Origin: Eledone cirrhosa
Lineage: Eukaryota
Assembly (NCBI GenBank): GCA_964016885.1
Contig: OZ024742.1
Span: forward strand, 21,142,001-21,206,000
Direction: 5' to 3'
Length of the DNA stretch: 64,000 nucleotides
Made by a program: the position numbers and the translations under genes. The notes under the pieces were generated by a model. That model was not told the origin of the DNA and searched no databases. It saw only the letters and a program-made list of their open reading frames with translations. Numbering within the stretch: position 1 is the stretch's first letter; each line of letters starts with the position of its first letter. This document shows, piece by piece, positions 63,971 through 64,000 of the stretch.

Positions 63971-64000
63971 TTGAATTAGTATGGTATAGACAAGTACATA

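Overview
AT-rich eukaryotic DNA, most likely intronic or intergenic sequence from an octopod cephalopod (inferred from the SINE families and the very large (TA)n/(TATAC)n tracts). No intact host gene is supported, and nearly all listed ORFs are microsatellite read-through artefacts. The islands between (TA)n tracts are transposon debris: three Penelope-like element (PLE) ORF remnants (RT/GIY-YIG), CR1-type and RTE-type LINE pieces, two Helitrons, tRNA-derived SINEs and a small MITE. The main hidden signal is a dense set of type I hammerhead ribozyme (HHR) motifs, found by eye: about 16 with an intact or compensated catalytic core and about 12 degenerate, from roughly a dozen sequence families. 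Most have a very short palindromic stem III, as expected for dimer-dependent PLE hammerheads. Many lie inside 150-600 bp non-coding foldback (inverted-repeat) units inserted in or beside (TA)n. One family carries a U3-A8 compensatory core. All alignments and folds were read manually, and boundaries are approximate.
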